64,000 nucleotides of DNA from Gaiellaceae bacterium (GCA_035764165.1 DASTZS010000028.1:20522-84521), one strand, 5' to 3'; positions 37,537 through 47,161 are shown, numbered from the stretch's first letter. Numbers and translations: made by a program. The notes: generated by a model not told the origin, from the letters alone.

Positions 37537-37803
37537 TCAGCCCCCGCTATCGGCCGCAGCCGATTCGAGGCTTCGCGCGAGAGGGTCCTCCCCGGTGAGG
37601 GCCCGATACGCCACCGGGATGTGTCGACGCCGCGTCACGCCGAGCTTCTGCCGGAGGACATCGGAGTGAGCTTTCGCGGTTCGAGGGGAGATGCCGAGGC
37701 GTTCGCCGACTTCGTCGTTCGAGCACCCGGCCGCGATCAGCTCGATGACCTGGCGCTGCCGCTCGGTGATCGCCGGAGGGGACTCCCGCAACTCTTCGGA
37801 CAT
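37537..37803 (-). CDS. Small LuxR/GerE-type HTH protein
   Basis: 88 aa with ITERQRQVIELIAAGCSNDEVGERLGISPRTAKAHSDVLRQKLG. Confidence 0.75.
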   Translation of the reverse strand: MSEELRESPPAITERQRQVIELIAAGCSNDEVGERLGISPRTAKAHSDVLRQKLGVTRRRHIPVAYRALTGEDPLARSLESAAADSGG

Positions 37804-37865
37804 GGCGACGAAACTAGACGGCCAAGCGCTTCCTGACCATTGGCCGAAAGGTGTATTTCCTGGAA

Positions 37866-38882
37866 CTACACCCTCGGCCGGCCGCTCAGAGCCTTCTGCC
37901 CGAGGAAGCTCGCCTCGTGACCGCGGCGGTTCGCCTCGGCCAGCTCCTCCTCGTCGAGCGCCCCGATTCGCCGCAGCAGCTCGAGCTCGTCCTTCAGGTG
38001 GGTCCGCATCATCTCCGGCCCGTCGGTGGCAATCGTGAACTCGACGCCGTACTCGACGAACGCCCGGAACGTCTCCCGTACGGCCTCCTCGTCCGACAGC
38101 GCCTTCGTCAGCAGGTTCGACGTCGGGCAGATCTCCAGCACGATCTCCGCGTCGCGGAGCGCCGACATCAGCTCCGCATCGCCGGCAGCCAGGATCCCGT
38201 GGCCGATCCGGTCGGGCCTGAGCGACTCGACGACCTCCCGGATCTCCTCGCGGCCGACCTCGCCGCCCTCCTCGCCGACGTGAATCGTCACACCGAGCCC
38301 GGCGCCTCGCGCCTCCTCGACCATCGGCACGACCTGGCGGTAGTCGTATCGCCCGCCGCCGGGGCGCGGGCCGGCGATGTCGACGCCGACGATTCCGCGC
38401 GGCGCCCAGCGGATCGCCTTTTCGACGATGATCGAGTTCTGCTCGGCCGTAAACGTGCGGTCCATCATCAGGATCAGACCCGCGCGCACCTGCGGATACT
38501 CGAGGCTCGCGCGGTCGAGACCCCGAATCGCGGCAAGGATGATGTGGTCGAGGTCACGCTCGCCGCCGCGATTTCGCTTCATCGGGTTGAAGCGGAGCTC
38601 GAGCGTCGTGATGCCCTGCGAGCGATAGGCACCGCCGATCGCCGCGTGTACCGAGCGCTCGACGGCGATCGGGCTCGACTGGATCAGCTCCGTCCAGTGG
38701 TAGATGTGGTCGAGCGCGTCGAGGTTCGGTACGCCTCGCGGGTCGGAGACGGTCACGAGCCGGTCGAACTCCCAGAAATCCTTCACCGGCAGGGCGATGC
38801 CCTGCTCGTGAGCGAGGCTCCAGAGGATGTCCGAGGCCACCGAGCCGCCGAGGTGCGTGTGCAGCTCGGCGAGACCTTCCAT
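37866..38882 (-). CDS. Adenosine/adenine deaminase family amidohydrolase
   Basis: 338 aa with the metal ligands ELHTHLGG and RIGHGI. It has an A_deaminase-like layout. Confidence 0.75.
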   Translation of the reverse strand: MEGLAELHTHLGGSVASDILWSLAHEQGIALPVKDFWEFDRLVTVSDPRGVPNLDALDHIYHWTELIQSSPIAVERSVHAAIGGAYRSQGITTLELRFNPMKRNRGGERDLDHIILAAIRGLDRASLEYPQVRAGLILMMDRTFTAEQNSIIVEKAIRWAPRGIVGVDIAGPRPGGGRYDYRQVVPMVEEARGAGLGVTIHVGEEGGEVGREEIREVVESLRPDRIGHGILAAGDAELMSALRDAEIVLEICPTSNLLTKALSDEEAVRETFRAFVEYGVEFTIATDGPEMMRTHLKDELELLRRIGALDEEELAEANRRGHEASFLGQKALSGRPRV

Positions 38883-38920
38883 GCATGGAGTCTAGTTTGG
38901 CTTCCGTATCCTCCGGCGCG

Positions 38921-40045
38921 ATGAAGGTGGGCATCGTCGTCCCCTACTCGTGGTCCTTCTGGGGGGCGGTGGTCGAGCACGCCGAGCTCCAGGCCGACGC
39001 CCTGCGCCGCCAAGGTGTCGACACGCGCACGATCATCGGCAACGACCCGCCGGGCAGCTTCACGCGAGTCCTCCACCCGCGCTCGGGGCGGCACGACACG
39101 CCGCCGCCGGACGTCATCCCCGTGGGCCGTTCCGTGATCGTCCCTGCGAACGGGACGCTGCCGAACATCGTGCTCTCGCCTCGGGCTGCCGGACGCGTGG
39201 CGCGTGCGCTCGAACGCGAACGCTTCGATGTCCTGCACCTGCATGAGCCGATGACGCCGGCGATCTGCGTTGCGGCTCTCGCGCATGCGAAGGTTCCGGT
39301 CGTCGCGACCTTTCATGCGCACGGCAAGCTCGGCTGGATGAAGCCCGCGATGCCGGTCTGGGGCTTCCTCGCCGAACGCCTCGACCACCGCATCGCGGTC
39401 TCGCCGCACGCGCGCGAATCGGCGGCTGCGTGGCTGCCGGGAGACTACGAGATCCTGCCCAACGGCGTCCTGATTCCCCCGACGGCCGATCCCCACCGGC
39501 GGGAGCTCCAAATCCTGTTTGCCGGGCGGCAGGAGCCTCGGAAGGGCCTGCACGTGCTCCTGCGGGCCTGGCCGGAGATCCGCCGCCGTACAGGGGCGCG
39601 CCTGCGCATCGCCGGCGCCGAACCTCTCGCCGTGAGGCTCTTGCTCACCCGGGAGCGGATGTCGGACGAGGGCATCGACGTGCTCGGCTTCCTCTCCCAG
39701 GACGACCTCACAGCGGAGCTCTTGCGCGCAAAGGCCCTTGTGGCACCGTCGCTCGGTGGGGAAAGCTTCGGGATGGTGCTCACCCGTGCCTTCGCCTGTG
39801 CGACGCCTGTCGTCGCGTCCGACATCGACGGTTACCGTGAAGTCATGACGGAGGCGGCGGGCGTCTCCTTTCCGGCGGGCGACGCGAGTGCTCTCGCCGA
39901 AGCGGTCGTCGGCCTGCTCGAGGACGAGCCGCGCCGGGCTGCGCTCGGGACCGGCGCACGAGAGCTCGCCGTCGAGCGCTACTCCTGGCACGACATCGGG
40001 CGCAGGCTGGTGGAGATCTACGAAGAGGTGTCGTCCGCCTCGTGA
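38921..40045 (+). CDS. GT4 glycosyltransferase, PimA-like (phosphatidylinositol mannosyltransferase type)
   Basis: MKVGIVVPYSWSFWGAVVEHAELQADAL...FDVLHLHEP...GGESFGMVLTRAFACATPVVASD. It is collinear from memory with mycobacterial PimA. I prefer ATG 38921. Confidence 0.8.
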   Translation: MKVGIVVPYSWSFWGAVVEHAELQADALRRQGVDTRTIIGNDPPGSFTRVLHPRSGRHDTPPPDVIPVGRSVIVPANGTLPNIVLSPRAAGRVARALERERFDVLHLHEPMTPAICVAALAHAKVPVVATFHAHGKLGWMKPAMPVWGFLAERLDHRIAVSPHARESAAAWLPGDYEILPNGVLIPPTADPHRRELQILFAGRQEPRKGLHVLLRAWPEIRRRTGARLRIAGAEPLAVRLLLTRERMSDEGIDVLGFLSQDDLTAELLRAKALVAPSLGGESFGMVLTRAFACATPVVASDIDGYREVMTEAAGVSFPAGDASALAEAVVGLLEDEPRRAALGTGARELAVERYSWHDIGRRLVEIYEEVSSAS

Positions 40046-41118
40046 CCTTCGTGCGCAGCGGATGGGCCCGCGCGGCGTTCGTCGTCGCCGCCGCGGCCGG
40101 CGTGATCGCGCTCCTGTGGTGGCGCGGTCCGGCGTGGAGCGCAGTCGGCGACGCGTTCACGGCAGTCGAGTGGCATTGGGTGGCCGCCTCGGTCGGGCTC
40201 AACCTCCTCTCGGTGCTCGTCCGCGCGATGGCGTGGCGCACGATCATCGTCCAGGCCTTCGCGGAAGGCCCGCGCCCGAACTTCATGCTCGTCTTCTCGG
40301 CGTTCTGCGTCGGGCTCTTCGCGAACGCCGTCCTGCCGGGTCGCATCGGCGAGCTCGCGCGCGTCGCCGTCCTGACCCGGCGCATGCGCCGACGGGCCGC
40401 CTGGGCGCGGCTGCTCGGAACCGTCTTCGCGCACCGGGTCTTCGACCTGGTCGCGGTGATCGGCCTCGTCGTGTACGTGATGCTGACTGCACACGTTCCA
40501 GACTGGGCCGTCACGAGCCTCATCGTCGTGGTCATCGTCGGCGTGATCCTCTTCACCGTTGCCGTGATGGGTGCGCGCAGCGACCACTTCGCAGGCGTCG
40601 AGGATGGACTTGGCGCGGTGCGGAAGGTCGTGCGCCTGGCGCGGTACGGGCTGAGCGTCATGCGGCGGCCCGCAGCCGCCGCTCTGGCGCTTGTGTTCCA
40701 ACTGCTCGGCTGGACGTGCCAGCTGTTCGCGGTGTACACCGCGATGCGCGCCTTCGGCATCCACGAGCCGCTGCCTGCCGCCGGACTCGTCCTCGTGCTG
40801 ATGAACGTCGCGACGATCTTTCCCTTGTGGCCCGGAAACGTCGGACTCGTTCAGGCGGCGGTCGCGCTACCGCTCTTCACGTACTACGGCGTCGCGAAGG
40901 CGCGCGGCATCGCGTTCGGCTTCGGGCTGCAGGCCATCGAGGCCTCTGTCGGCATCGGCGTCGGCCTGATCTTCCTCGCGCGGGAAGGCCTGTCCGTTGC
41001 GATGTTGCGCGTGATGCCGGATGCGTCGAAGGCCGAGCCGCCGGGGGCCGAAGCACACGCAGAGACAACACCGTCGGAGGAAGATGCCGCGCAGCCGCGT
41101 GCTCGCATGTCCGGCTAG
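40042..41118 (+). CDS. Lysylphosphatidylglycerol-synthase-TM-like (UPF0104, flippase-like) membrane protein
   Basis: 358 aa, polytopic. It has the pattern WHWVAASVGLNLLSVLVRAMAWRTI. There is a 4-nt overlap with the GT4 gene. Confidence 0.65.
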   Translation: MTFVRSGWARAAFVVAAAAGVIALLWWRGPAWSAVGDAFTAVEWHWVAASVGLNLLSVLVRAMAWRTIIVQAFAEGPRPNFMLVFSAFCVGLFANAVLPGRIGELARVAVLTRRMRRRAAWARLLGTVFAHRVFDLVAVIGLVVYVMLTAHVPDWAVTSLIVVVIVGVILFTVAVMGARSDHFAGVEDGLGAVRKVVRLARYGLSVMRRPAAAALALVFQLLGWTCQLFAVYTAMRAFGIHEPLPAAGLVLVLMNVATIFPLWPGNVGLVQAAVALPLFTYYGVAKARGIAFGFGLQAIEASVGIGVGLIFLAREGLSVAMLRVMPDASKAEPPGAEAHAETTPSEEDAAQPRARMSG

Positions 41119-42022
41119 CCTCAAAGGCGTCCTCGGGGCACCCGAGGCGGCGGCGGCGCTCGCCGAAGGGTTGCGCACGTGGGCCGATGCCGTCGAGCTG
41201 CCGTTGGCAGACGGCGGCAACGACTCGCTGAACGTGTTGCAGACGGCGCTGGGTGGGAAGTGGCACACCGCGACGGTTCACGACGCGTTCGGTCGTCTGC
41301 GCGAGGCACGCTGGCTCGAGCTGCCGAACGGCATCGCGGCCGTGGAAGCCGCAGAGGCGATTCCGCTCGATCCCGCGCACCTCGATCCGTTCGCGGCGTC
41401 GAGCCGCGGGCTCGGTGAGCTGATCGCCGCCGTCGGCACTCCCCCCGAACTGCTCGTGTGTCTCGGCGGAACGGCGAACGTCGACGGCGGTGCGGGGCTG
41501 CTCGAGGTGCTCGACGAGCTGCCCGCGCGAACGCGCGTCGCCTACGACGTCGATGTCGCGCTCGTCGACGCGGCACGGGTGTTCGCCGCACAGAAAGGCG
41601 CGTCTCCCGAGGACGCCGTCGAGCTCGAGCGGCGGCTCCTCGGCATCGAGCAGATCAGCGCCCATGCCGACGAGCCGGGGGCGGGCGCAGCGGGCGGGCT
41701 CGGCGCCGCGCTTGCGTCGCTCGGCGCCGAGTTGCTGCCCGGCGCGCCTCTCCTCCTCGAACTCGTCGGCTTCGATCCGACCGGCTACGACCTCGTCGTC
41801 ACCGGCGAGGGGACCCTCGACGCCACGACGGCGCACGGCAAGGTTGCCGAGGAAGTTGCGGAACGCTGCCGCGCTGCCGGAGTCCGCTGTGTTGTCTTCG
41901 GCGGGCGTGTCGTCGAACCCCCGCCCGAGCTCGAGACGATTGCTCTCTCCGGCGATCCGAGTAGGGCACGCGAGGACCTGGTCGAGCTCGGACGGCTTCT
42001 CGGACGTCCGGAACCGGAGTAG
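41084..42022 (+). CDS. Glycerate kinase family protein
   Basis: ATG 41084 follows GGAGGA. Motifs are ACPASLKG, ADGGNDS, GGTANVDGG, GAAGGLG and VTGEGTLD. Confidence 0.7.
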   Translation: MPRSRVLACPASLKGVLGAPEAAAALAEGLRTWADAVELPLADGGNDSLNVLQTALGGKWHTATVHDAFGRLREARWLELPNGIAAVEAAEAIPLDPAHLDPFAASSRGLGELIAAVGTPPELLVCLGGTANVDGGAGLLEVLDELPARTRVAYDVDVALVDAARVFAAQKGASPEDAVELERRLLGIEQISAHADEPGAGAAGGLGAALASLGAELLPGAPLLLELVGFDPTGYDLVVTGEGTLDATTAHGKVAEEVAERCRAAGVRCVVFGGRVVEPPPELETIALSGDPSRAREDLVELGRLLGRPEPE

Positions 42023-42057
42023 GCTCGGGTCACTCGCGAGCAGGAGGTCGGCACGAG

Positions 42058-42714
42058 ATGGAATCAGGGGCATACACAGCAGGCGGCGATGCATATCCGG
42101 TCGAGTTCTCGGTCGACTATCCCGACCGTGACCTCGACCGCCTCACGACGGCGTTCAGGATCATCGTCGCGATCCCGATCGTGATCGTGCTCGCCTTGCT
42201 GGGCAACGGGTGGGGAGGAGGCTGGGGCGACAACTACAACGGTGGCTGGATGGCAGCCGGCGGTGGAGGCGTCCTCTTCCTGCCCACACTGCTGATGATC
42301 GTCTTCCGCCAGAAGTACCCGCGCTGGTGGTACGACTGGAATCTCGAGCTGTTGCGCTTCGAGAACCGCGTCTTCGTCTACCTCGGCCTGCTGGACGACC
42401 GCTATCCGTCCACGGACGAGCACCAGTCGGTGCGGCTCGATTTCCCGTATCCCGACGCACGGCAAGGGCTCAATCGCTGGCTGCCACTCGTGAAGTGGTT
42501 CCTCGCAATTCCGCACTACATCGTGCTCGTGTTCCTCGGGCTCGCGGCGGTCGTCTGCGTGATCATCGCGTGGTTCGCCATCCTCTTCACGGGGCGGTAT
42601 CCCCGCGGGCTCTTCGACTTCGTCGTCGGCGTCATGCGCTGGGGAAACCGGGTCACGGGATACGCGTTTGCGCTCGTGACCGACCAGTATCCGCCCTTCA
42701 GGCTCAGCCCCTAA
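42058..42714 (+). CDS. DUF4389-like membrane protein
   Basis: YPVEFSVDYPDRDLDR...IPHYIVLVFL...WFAILFTGRYPRGLFDF...DQYPPFRL. The family name is from memory. Confidence 0.65.
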   Translation: MESGAYTAGGDAYPVEFSVDYPDRDLDRLTTAFRIIVAIPIVIVLALLGNGWGGGWGDNYNGGWMAAGGGGVLFLPTLLMIVFRQKYPRWWYDWNLELLRFENRVFVYLGLLDDRYPSTDEHQSVRLDFPYPDARQGLNRWLPLVKWFLAIPHYIVLVFLGLAAVVCVIIAWFAILFTGRYPRGLFDFVVGVMRWGNRVTGYAFALVTDQYPPFRLSP

Positions 42715-42917
42715 GGCCTGGCCGACTCGACGCGGCGCGCAAGCTCCTCGATCTTGCCCTGCGCCGCGTCGAGCTTGCCGGCGCAGAGCTTGTAGAGCTC
42801 CTCGCCGCGTTCCCAGAGCTGGACCGCTTCGTCGAGCTCCGCCTCGCCGCGCTCGAGACGCTCGACGATCTGCTCGAGCTCCCGCTGGGCCTCCTCGAAC
42901 GTGGGCTCGGCGCTCAC
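42711..42917 (-). CDS. xseB: Exodeoxyribonuclease VII small subunit
   Basis: 68 aa with FEEAQRELEQIVERLERGEAELDEAVQLWERGEELYKLC. It overlaps xseA by 4 nt. Confidence 0.85.
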   Translation of the reverse strand: MSAEPTFEEAQRELEQIVERLERGEAELDEAVQLWERGEELYKLCAGKLDAAQGKIEELARRVESARP

Positions 42918-44053
42918 TCGACGCGTGCTCCGAAGCGGCCGTCTGCGACCTCGACCACGATCTGCTCACCCGTCGACACCGCATCCGCCGAACGGACGAT
43001 CTCCTCCTGGGCGCGGACGATCGCGTAGCCGCGCTCGAGCGTCGCGCGCGGCGACAGAGCGCGCAGACGGCCTGCGGCCTGGTCGAGCCGCGCGCGCTTG
43101 CGCTCGACTGCGAGTGCCGGCGCACGGCGCAGGCGCTCGTGCGCATGGGTCAGGCGCTCGCGCCTCCGGTCCACCAGTGTGCGCGCGCCGCGCCCGAGGC
43201 CGGCGCGGCTGCGCGCGAGCTGTTCGAGCAGCTCTGTCGCGTCGGGGACGACGAGGCGCGCAGCTGCGGTGGGAGTCGACGCGCGCGCGTCGGCGGCGAG
43301 ATCGCAGAGCGGCGTGTCCTGCTCGTGGCCGACCGCCGACACGACGGGCACGCTGCACGCGGCGATCGCACGCAGGAGACGCTCGTCGCTGAACGGGAGC
43401 AGGTCTTCGAAGCTGCCGCCGCCGCGCGAGAGGACGATCACGTCTACCTCCGGGGCCGCGGCGATGCCGCGCAACGCCTCGATCATCGCGGTCGCTGCAA
43501 ATGGTCCTTGCACGTACGTCTCGGCGACGACGATGCGTGCCGCCGGGAAACGAGCGGTGATCGTCGAGAGGATGTCCTGCTTCGCTGCCGCGTCGTTGCC
43601 GGTGACGATCCCGATGCGTCGCGGAAAACGTGGGAGCGCACGGCTGCGGTCGAAGACGCCTTCGGCGCCCAGCTTCTTCTTCAGTCGCTCGAGGGCAGCG
43701 AGATGGTCGCCGAGGCCGAACCGTTCGATCGAGAGGGCGCGCATGCGGAAGTCGCCGCGCGCCTCGAACAGTTCGGGGCGACCGAAGACGTGCACGCGCT
43801 CGCCGTCGGCGAGGTCCACTCTCAGCCCGTCGAACCGGCCGCGTGCCATCGTCACTCCGAGACACGCTCCGTCGGTCGGGTCCTTGAGGGTGAAGAACAC
43901 CGACTGCCAGCGCGGATTGCGCCGCAGCTCGGTCACCTCGCCTTCGACCCAGACGGTCGGCAGACGCTGGAGCCACTCTGCGACGCCGCGGTTGAACGAC
44001 CCGACGGAGTAGACCTTGCGGTCGCCGTACTGGCTGGCTTCGACCTTGGACAT
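42914..44053 (-). CDS. xseA: Exodeoxyribonuclease VII large subunit
   Basis: 379 aa with an N-terminal OB fold (VWVEGEVTELRRNPRWQSVFFTLKD) and the catalytic part (IGIVTG..., VIVLSRGGGSFEDL). Confidence 0.9.
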   Translation of the reverse strand: MSKVEASQYGDRKVYSVGSFNRGVAEWLQRLPTVWVEGEVTELRRNPRWQSVFFTLKDPTDGACLGVTMARGRFDGLRVDLADGERVHVFGRPELFEARGDFRMRALSIERFGLGDHLAALERLKKKLGAEGVFDRSRALPRFPRRIGIVTGNDAAAKQDILSTITARFPAARIVVAETYVQGPFAATAMIEALRGIAAAPEVDVIVLSRGGGSFEDLLPFSDERLLRAIAACSVPVVSAVGHEQDTPLCDLAADARASTPTAAARLVVPDATELLEQLARSRAGLGRGARTLVDRRRERLTHAHERLRRAPALAVERKRARLDQAAGRLRALSPRATLERGYAIVRAQEEIVRSADAVSTGEQIVVEVADGRFGARVE

Positions 44054-44109
44054 CGCGCGGTCAGCATGCCACGCGGAGTGAGCCCGAAGTGCCTAGGGTC
44101 CGTCGAGCC

Positions 44110-44337
44110 CTACAGCAGAATCTCGACGGCGGTCTCGGGTGCGCAGCCCTGGCCGACGAGCTCGACTGCCCGGTGGAGGTCGGCCTCGCTCCCCGCGAGC
44201 CTCTCGGCGAGCGCGAGTGGGTAGCCGGCTTCCATCAACACGTGGAGCCGCCAGCTCTCGACTTTCGAGTGCTCTCCGCCGTTCGGCTCGATGATCTCGG
44301 TCGTCTCACTCACGGTGTGCTCCGTTCGCCGTTTCAT
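44110..44337 (-). CDS. Hypothetical small protein
   Basis: 75 aa with coding-like composition. It lies directly upstream of xseA on the same strand. I recognise no family. Confidence 0.5.
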   Translation of the reverse strand: MKRRTEHTVSETTEIIEPNGGEHSKVESWRLHVLMEAGYPLALAERLAGSEADLHRAVELVGQGCAPETAVEILL

Positions 44338-44390
44338 AGACGAACCCTGCCGGAGTTTGTTTGCCGGGATCCTCGAGTTGAAACGGGAGG

Positions 44391-45716
44391 CTAGCTCCTG
44401 GCGAGTGTCTGGTCGACCCGTTTGGCCAGCTCGCGGAGGCGTGCATCCAGCACCGCTCGTTCCGCTTCGGCGTCGGCGGCAAGCGACTCCAGGCGCCGCC
44501 GCAGCTCCTGCTCCGCCTGCATCAGACGCGCCTCCAACGCCTCGAGCGCCTCGGCGCGCTGGCGTGCGAGCCCCTCCTCCGCCTGGGCCTGTCGACGCTC
44601 CAGCCGTTGCACGCCTGCGTCGCCGACCTGTGCGAGCCGCTCCGCGAGCACCGTCTGCGCTTCGCGGGCGAACGACTGCACGGCACGGTCGAGCTCGCGC
44701 GACAGTCGAGTCGCGGCCGCCTCGCGCGATGCCCTGACCGTGTCCGCAAACTGCTGGGTCGCAGCATCCGAGTAGCTCGATGTCGCCCGAGACAGAATGC
44801 GTTCGAGCTGCTCGAGCTGGCGGCGCTCGACGTCGGCGAAGCCCGCCTGGATGCGACGCAGCGCGTCCTGCTCCTCGCGTTCGATCAGCTCCGCGATCTG
44901 GCGCTCGCGCTTGCGGATCCGCTCGTTGAGCTCGTGCAATGCGCGTCGCCGATCGGACGCATACGCCTCGAGCTCGTTCGTCCCCGCCTCGACTGCTTCC
45001 TGTGTTGCGCGCGCGATCTCGTCACGCACGCGCACGAGGCTGGCGCGCTGTTCCTCGCTCTCTCCCTCGAGTCGGGCGGCGTCGGCGGCGATTCTGGCCT
45101 CGGCCTCCGCAATCAGCTGCTTCTGGCGTTGCCCGAGCTGCGCGAGCTGGTCGCCGACTGCGTGTTGCGCGCGCTCGAGATCGTCGCCCCACGCAGCGAG
45201 CCGCGCGTCCACCTGCTGCTGGGCGAGCATCAGCGCCTGGCCGAGCTCACCCTGTGCCGCGCGCGAACGCTCCGCAGCCTCCGTGCGTTTCTCCTCGGCG
45301 AGCCGCCGCTCCTGCTCCGCGAGGAGTGAGATGGAGTCCGCCCGCGCGCGTGCGAGCGTTCGCTCGAGCTCGGCGCTCCGCTCTTCGGCTTCGCGCGCGA
45401 TCAATGAGTTCAGCCGGGCCTGCGCGCGCGCCAGTTGGTCGTCGACCCGCCGCGCCGCGCGCAGGAGGTCGTCGAGCCTCACGGCCGCGAGCTGTGCGAC
45501 GAAGGCAACGGTCATTCCGCCGGCGGCTGCGGCGATGTCGGTCTCGAGCCGGACGCCGTATGCGACCCAGGTCACGAGCGCCGCGACGCCGCTGAAGGCC
45601 GCCAGCAAGATCAGGGTGCGCCGGTGCAGGCGATCGAGCACCGCACCGAGCAGCGACAGCGCGGCGAGGCCGGCCGACACGGCGAAGACGATCTGCGCGA
45701 TCGTGGCGAGTTGCAC
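44391..45716 (-). CDS. Membrane-anchored long coiled-coil protein, unknown function
   Basis: 441 aa. About 3 N-terminal TM helices are followed by roughly 340 aa of Ala/Arg/Glu/Gln-rich heptad-like sequence. Confidence 0.6.
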   Translation of the reverse strand: MQLATIAQIVFAVSAGLAALSLLGAVLDRLHRRTLILLAAFSGVAALVTWVAYGVRLETDIAAAAGGMTVAFVAQLAAVRLDDLLRAARRVDDQLARAQARLNSLIAREAEERSAELERTLARARADSISLLAEQERRLAEEKRTEAAERSRAAQGELGQALMLAQQQVDARLAAWGDDLERAQHAVGDQLAQLGQRQKQLIAEAEARIAADAARLEGESEEQRASLVRVRDEIARATQEAVEAGTNELEAYASDRRRALHELNERIRKRERQIAELIEREEQDALRRIQAGFADVERRQLEQLERILSRATSSYSDAATQQFADTVRASREAAATRLSRELDRAVQSFAREAQTVLAERLAQVGDAGVQRLERRQAQAEEGLARQRAEALEALEARLMQAEQELRRRLESLAADAEAERAVLDARLRELAKRVDQTLARS

Positions 45717-45720
45717 GGCC

Positions 45721-46452
45721 TCAGGTTACGCGCACGAGGACGAGGGCGAGGGCCAGCGCGACACTCGCCGCTGCCAGCGCTCTCAGGGCCCGCTCGGACT
45801 CGGCGGTGAAGGTCTCGCGCGTGATCGGAAGAACCGTGCCGTCCACCAGCTCGATCCGCCCCGAGACGTTCCGCACGCGGCGACGGGCCAGCCGCACCGG
45901 TGTCGACAGACGGCGCTGAGCATGGCTGAGCAGCGCTGCGAAGACCGCTGCGAGGACGGCCTCGACGCGAAGGGTCTCGGCGGCAGCGACGTACGCGGCG
46001 AGCACGGGAAAGGCTCCCCAGGCAAGGGAGAACCAGGGGTCGCCGTGCAGACGGCCGCCGAAGAGCTCGAGGTTGTACGCGACCGCGACGAACGCGCCCG
46101 CACCGACGAAGGCGAGCAGCCAGAGGCTTGTGCGGAGCGCCACGCCGATCCCGATTGCCGCGGCCGTGACGAGCGAGACGGCAGCGAGCGCGACCAGCGT
46201 GCGGTCGGGGATTCGCGTTTGCAGCGGCCGGCCGTGGAGCTCGTCCAGTGCGTGTGCACTCACGCCCATCCCGAGGAAGAACGCGAGCAGTCCAAGGGCG
46301 AGCACGCCGGGGCGCCACTCGGGCGCAAGCGCCGCACCGATGGCCACGTACGAGAGATGCCACAGCGTGTAGGGCGGGTGTAGGAGCGTCACGTAGTCGC
46401 GCCAGCCGCCGGGGGCGAGCGCGTAGAACGCCGGACGGACGCTGCCCGTCAC
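45721..46452 (-). CDS. Polytopic membrane protein, unknown function
   Basis: I prefer GTG 46450-46452, which overlaps the stop of the upstream methyltransferase (GTGA). The ORF track extends to 46560. It has several TM helices and the motif SAHALDELHGRP. Confidence 0.6.
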   Translation of the reverse strand: MTGSVRPAFYALAPGGWRDYVTLLHPPYTLWHLSYVAIGAALAPEWRPGVLALGLLAFFLGMGVSAHALDELHGRPLQTRIPDRTLVALAAVSLVTAAAIGIGVALRTSLWLLAFVGAGAFVAVAYNLELFGGRLHGDPWFSLAWGAFPVLAAYVAAAETLRVEAVLAAVFAALLSHAQRRLSTPVRLARRRVRNVSGRIELVDGTVLPITRETFTAESERALRALAAASVALALALVLVRVT

Positions 46453-47138
46453 GTACGGCGTCCCCAGGTGACGATCCCCCCGCCCAGGCTGAGGCGCCGT
46501 GACTTGACCTCGGCGATGCCGGCTGCGCGCCAGAGCTCGAGCAGGTGCTCTTCCGGCCACCGTGCGTAGAAGCTCCGGATGCTCGGCCCGAGGAAGTCGC
46601 CGACCTCGCGCCAGCCCGGCGAGATGACCCGTCCTGCGGCGGGAAGCCCGACACGGACGTAGAGCTCCCAGAGCGGGCGCCAGGGCCCTCTCGGTAGAGC
46701 GAACTCGAGCCCGGCGATGGTGCCTCCGGGCCGGACGACTCGCGCCAGCTCGTGCAACGTTGCGGGCGGATCGCTCACGTAGCGGAGCAGATACGTGAAC
46801 GTGAGCCCGTCGAACGAGTCGTCCTCGAAGGGCAGCTGCTCAGCCGTCCCTTCCACGAGCTCGACGGACGGCGGGAGGCGGCGGCGTGCCTGGGCGAGCA
46901 TCTCCGGGCTCTGGTCGAGCCCGACCACCGCGCAGGCCTTCTGTCTCAGCAGCTCGCGGGCGACCGCCCCCGTCCCTGTCGCGACGTCGAGGACGGTGTC
47001 GCCCGGCCCGGCGTGCAGGCGGGACACGAGGAAGCGACGCCAGCGAGGATCCTGGCCGAAGGACAGCAACGCCGCGTAACGATCGTACGTCGGCCCGAGT
47101 GGCGCGAAGAGCGTCCGCGCGGAGACGGCCTCTGCCAC
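46449..47138 (-). CDS. Class I SAM-dependent methyltransferase (UbiE/MenG-like)
   Basis: I prefer GTG 47138 (VAEAVSARTLFAPLGPTYDRYAALLSFGQDPRWRR...VLDVATGTGAVAREL). The long upstream extension in the track is Arg/Pro-rich and antisense to real genes. Confidence 0.75.
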   Translation of the reverse strand: MAEAVSARTLFAPLGPTYDRYAALLSFGQDPRWRRFLVSRLHAGPGDTVLDVATGTGAVARELLRQKACAVVGLDQSPEMLAQARRRLPPSVELVEGTAEQLPFEDDSFDGLTFTYLLRYVSDPPATLHELARVVRPGGTIAGLEFALPRGPWRPLWELYVRVGLPAAGRVISPGWREVGDFLGPSIRSFYARWPEEHLLELWRAAGIAEVKSRRLSLGGGIVTWGRRT

Positions 47139-47161
47139 GGGGCCGAGTTTATGCTGGCGCA

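Noticed and set aside
44391-45716. TM plus long coiled-coil protein as a ZorA-like (Zorya) or MotA-like component.
   Set aside because: No MotB/ZorB-type partner or ZorC/D-like genes are nearby. The N-terminal helices do not show a MotA signature that I can recognise. I keep it as a hypothetical protein.
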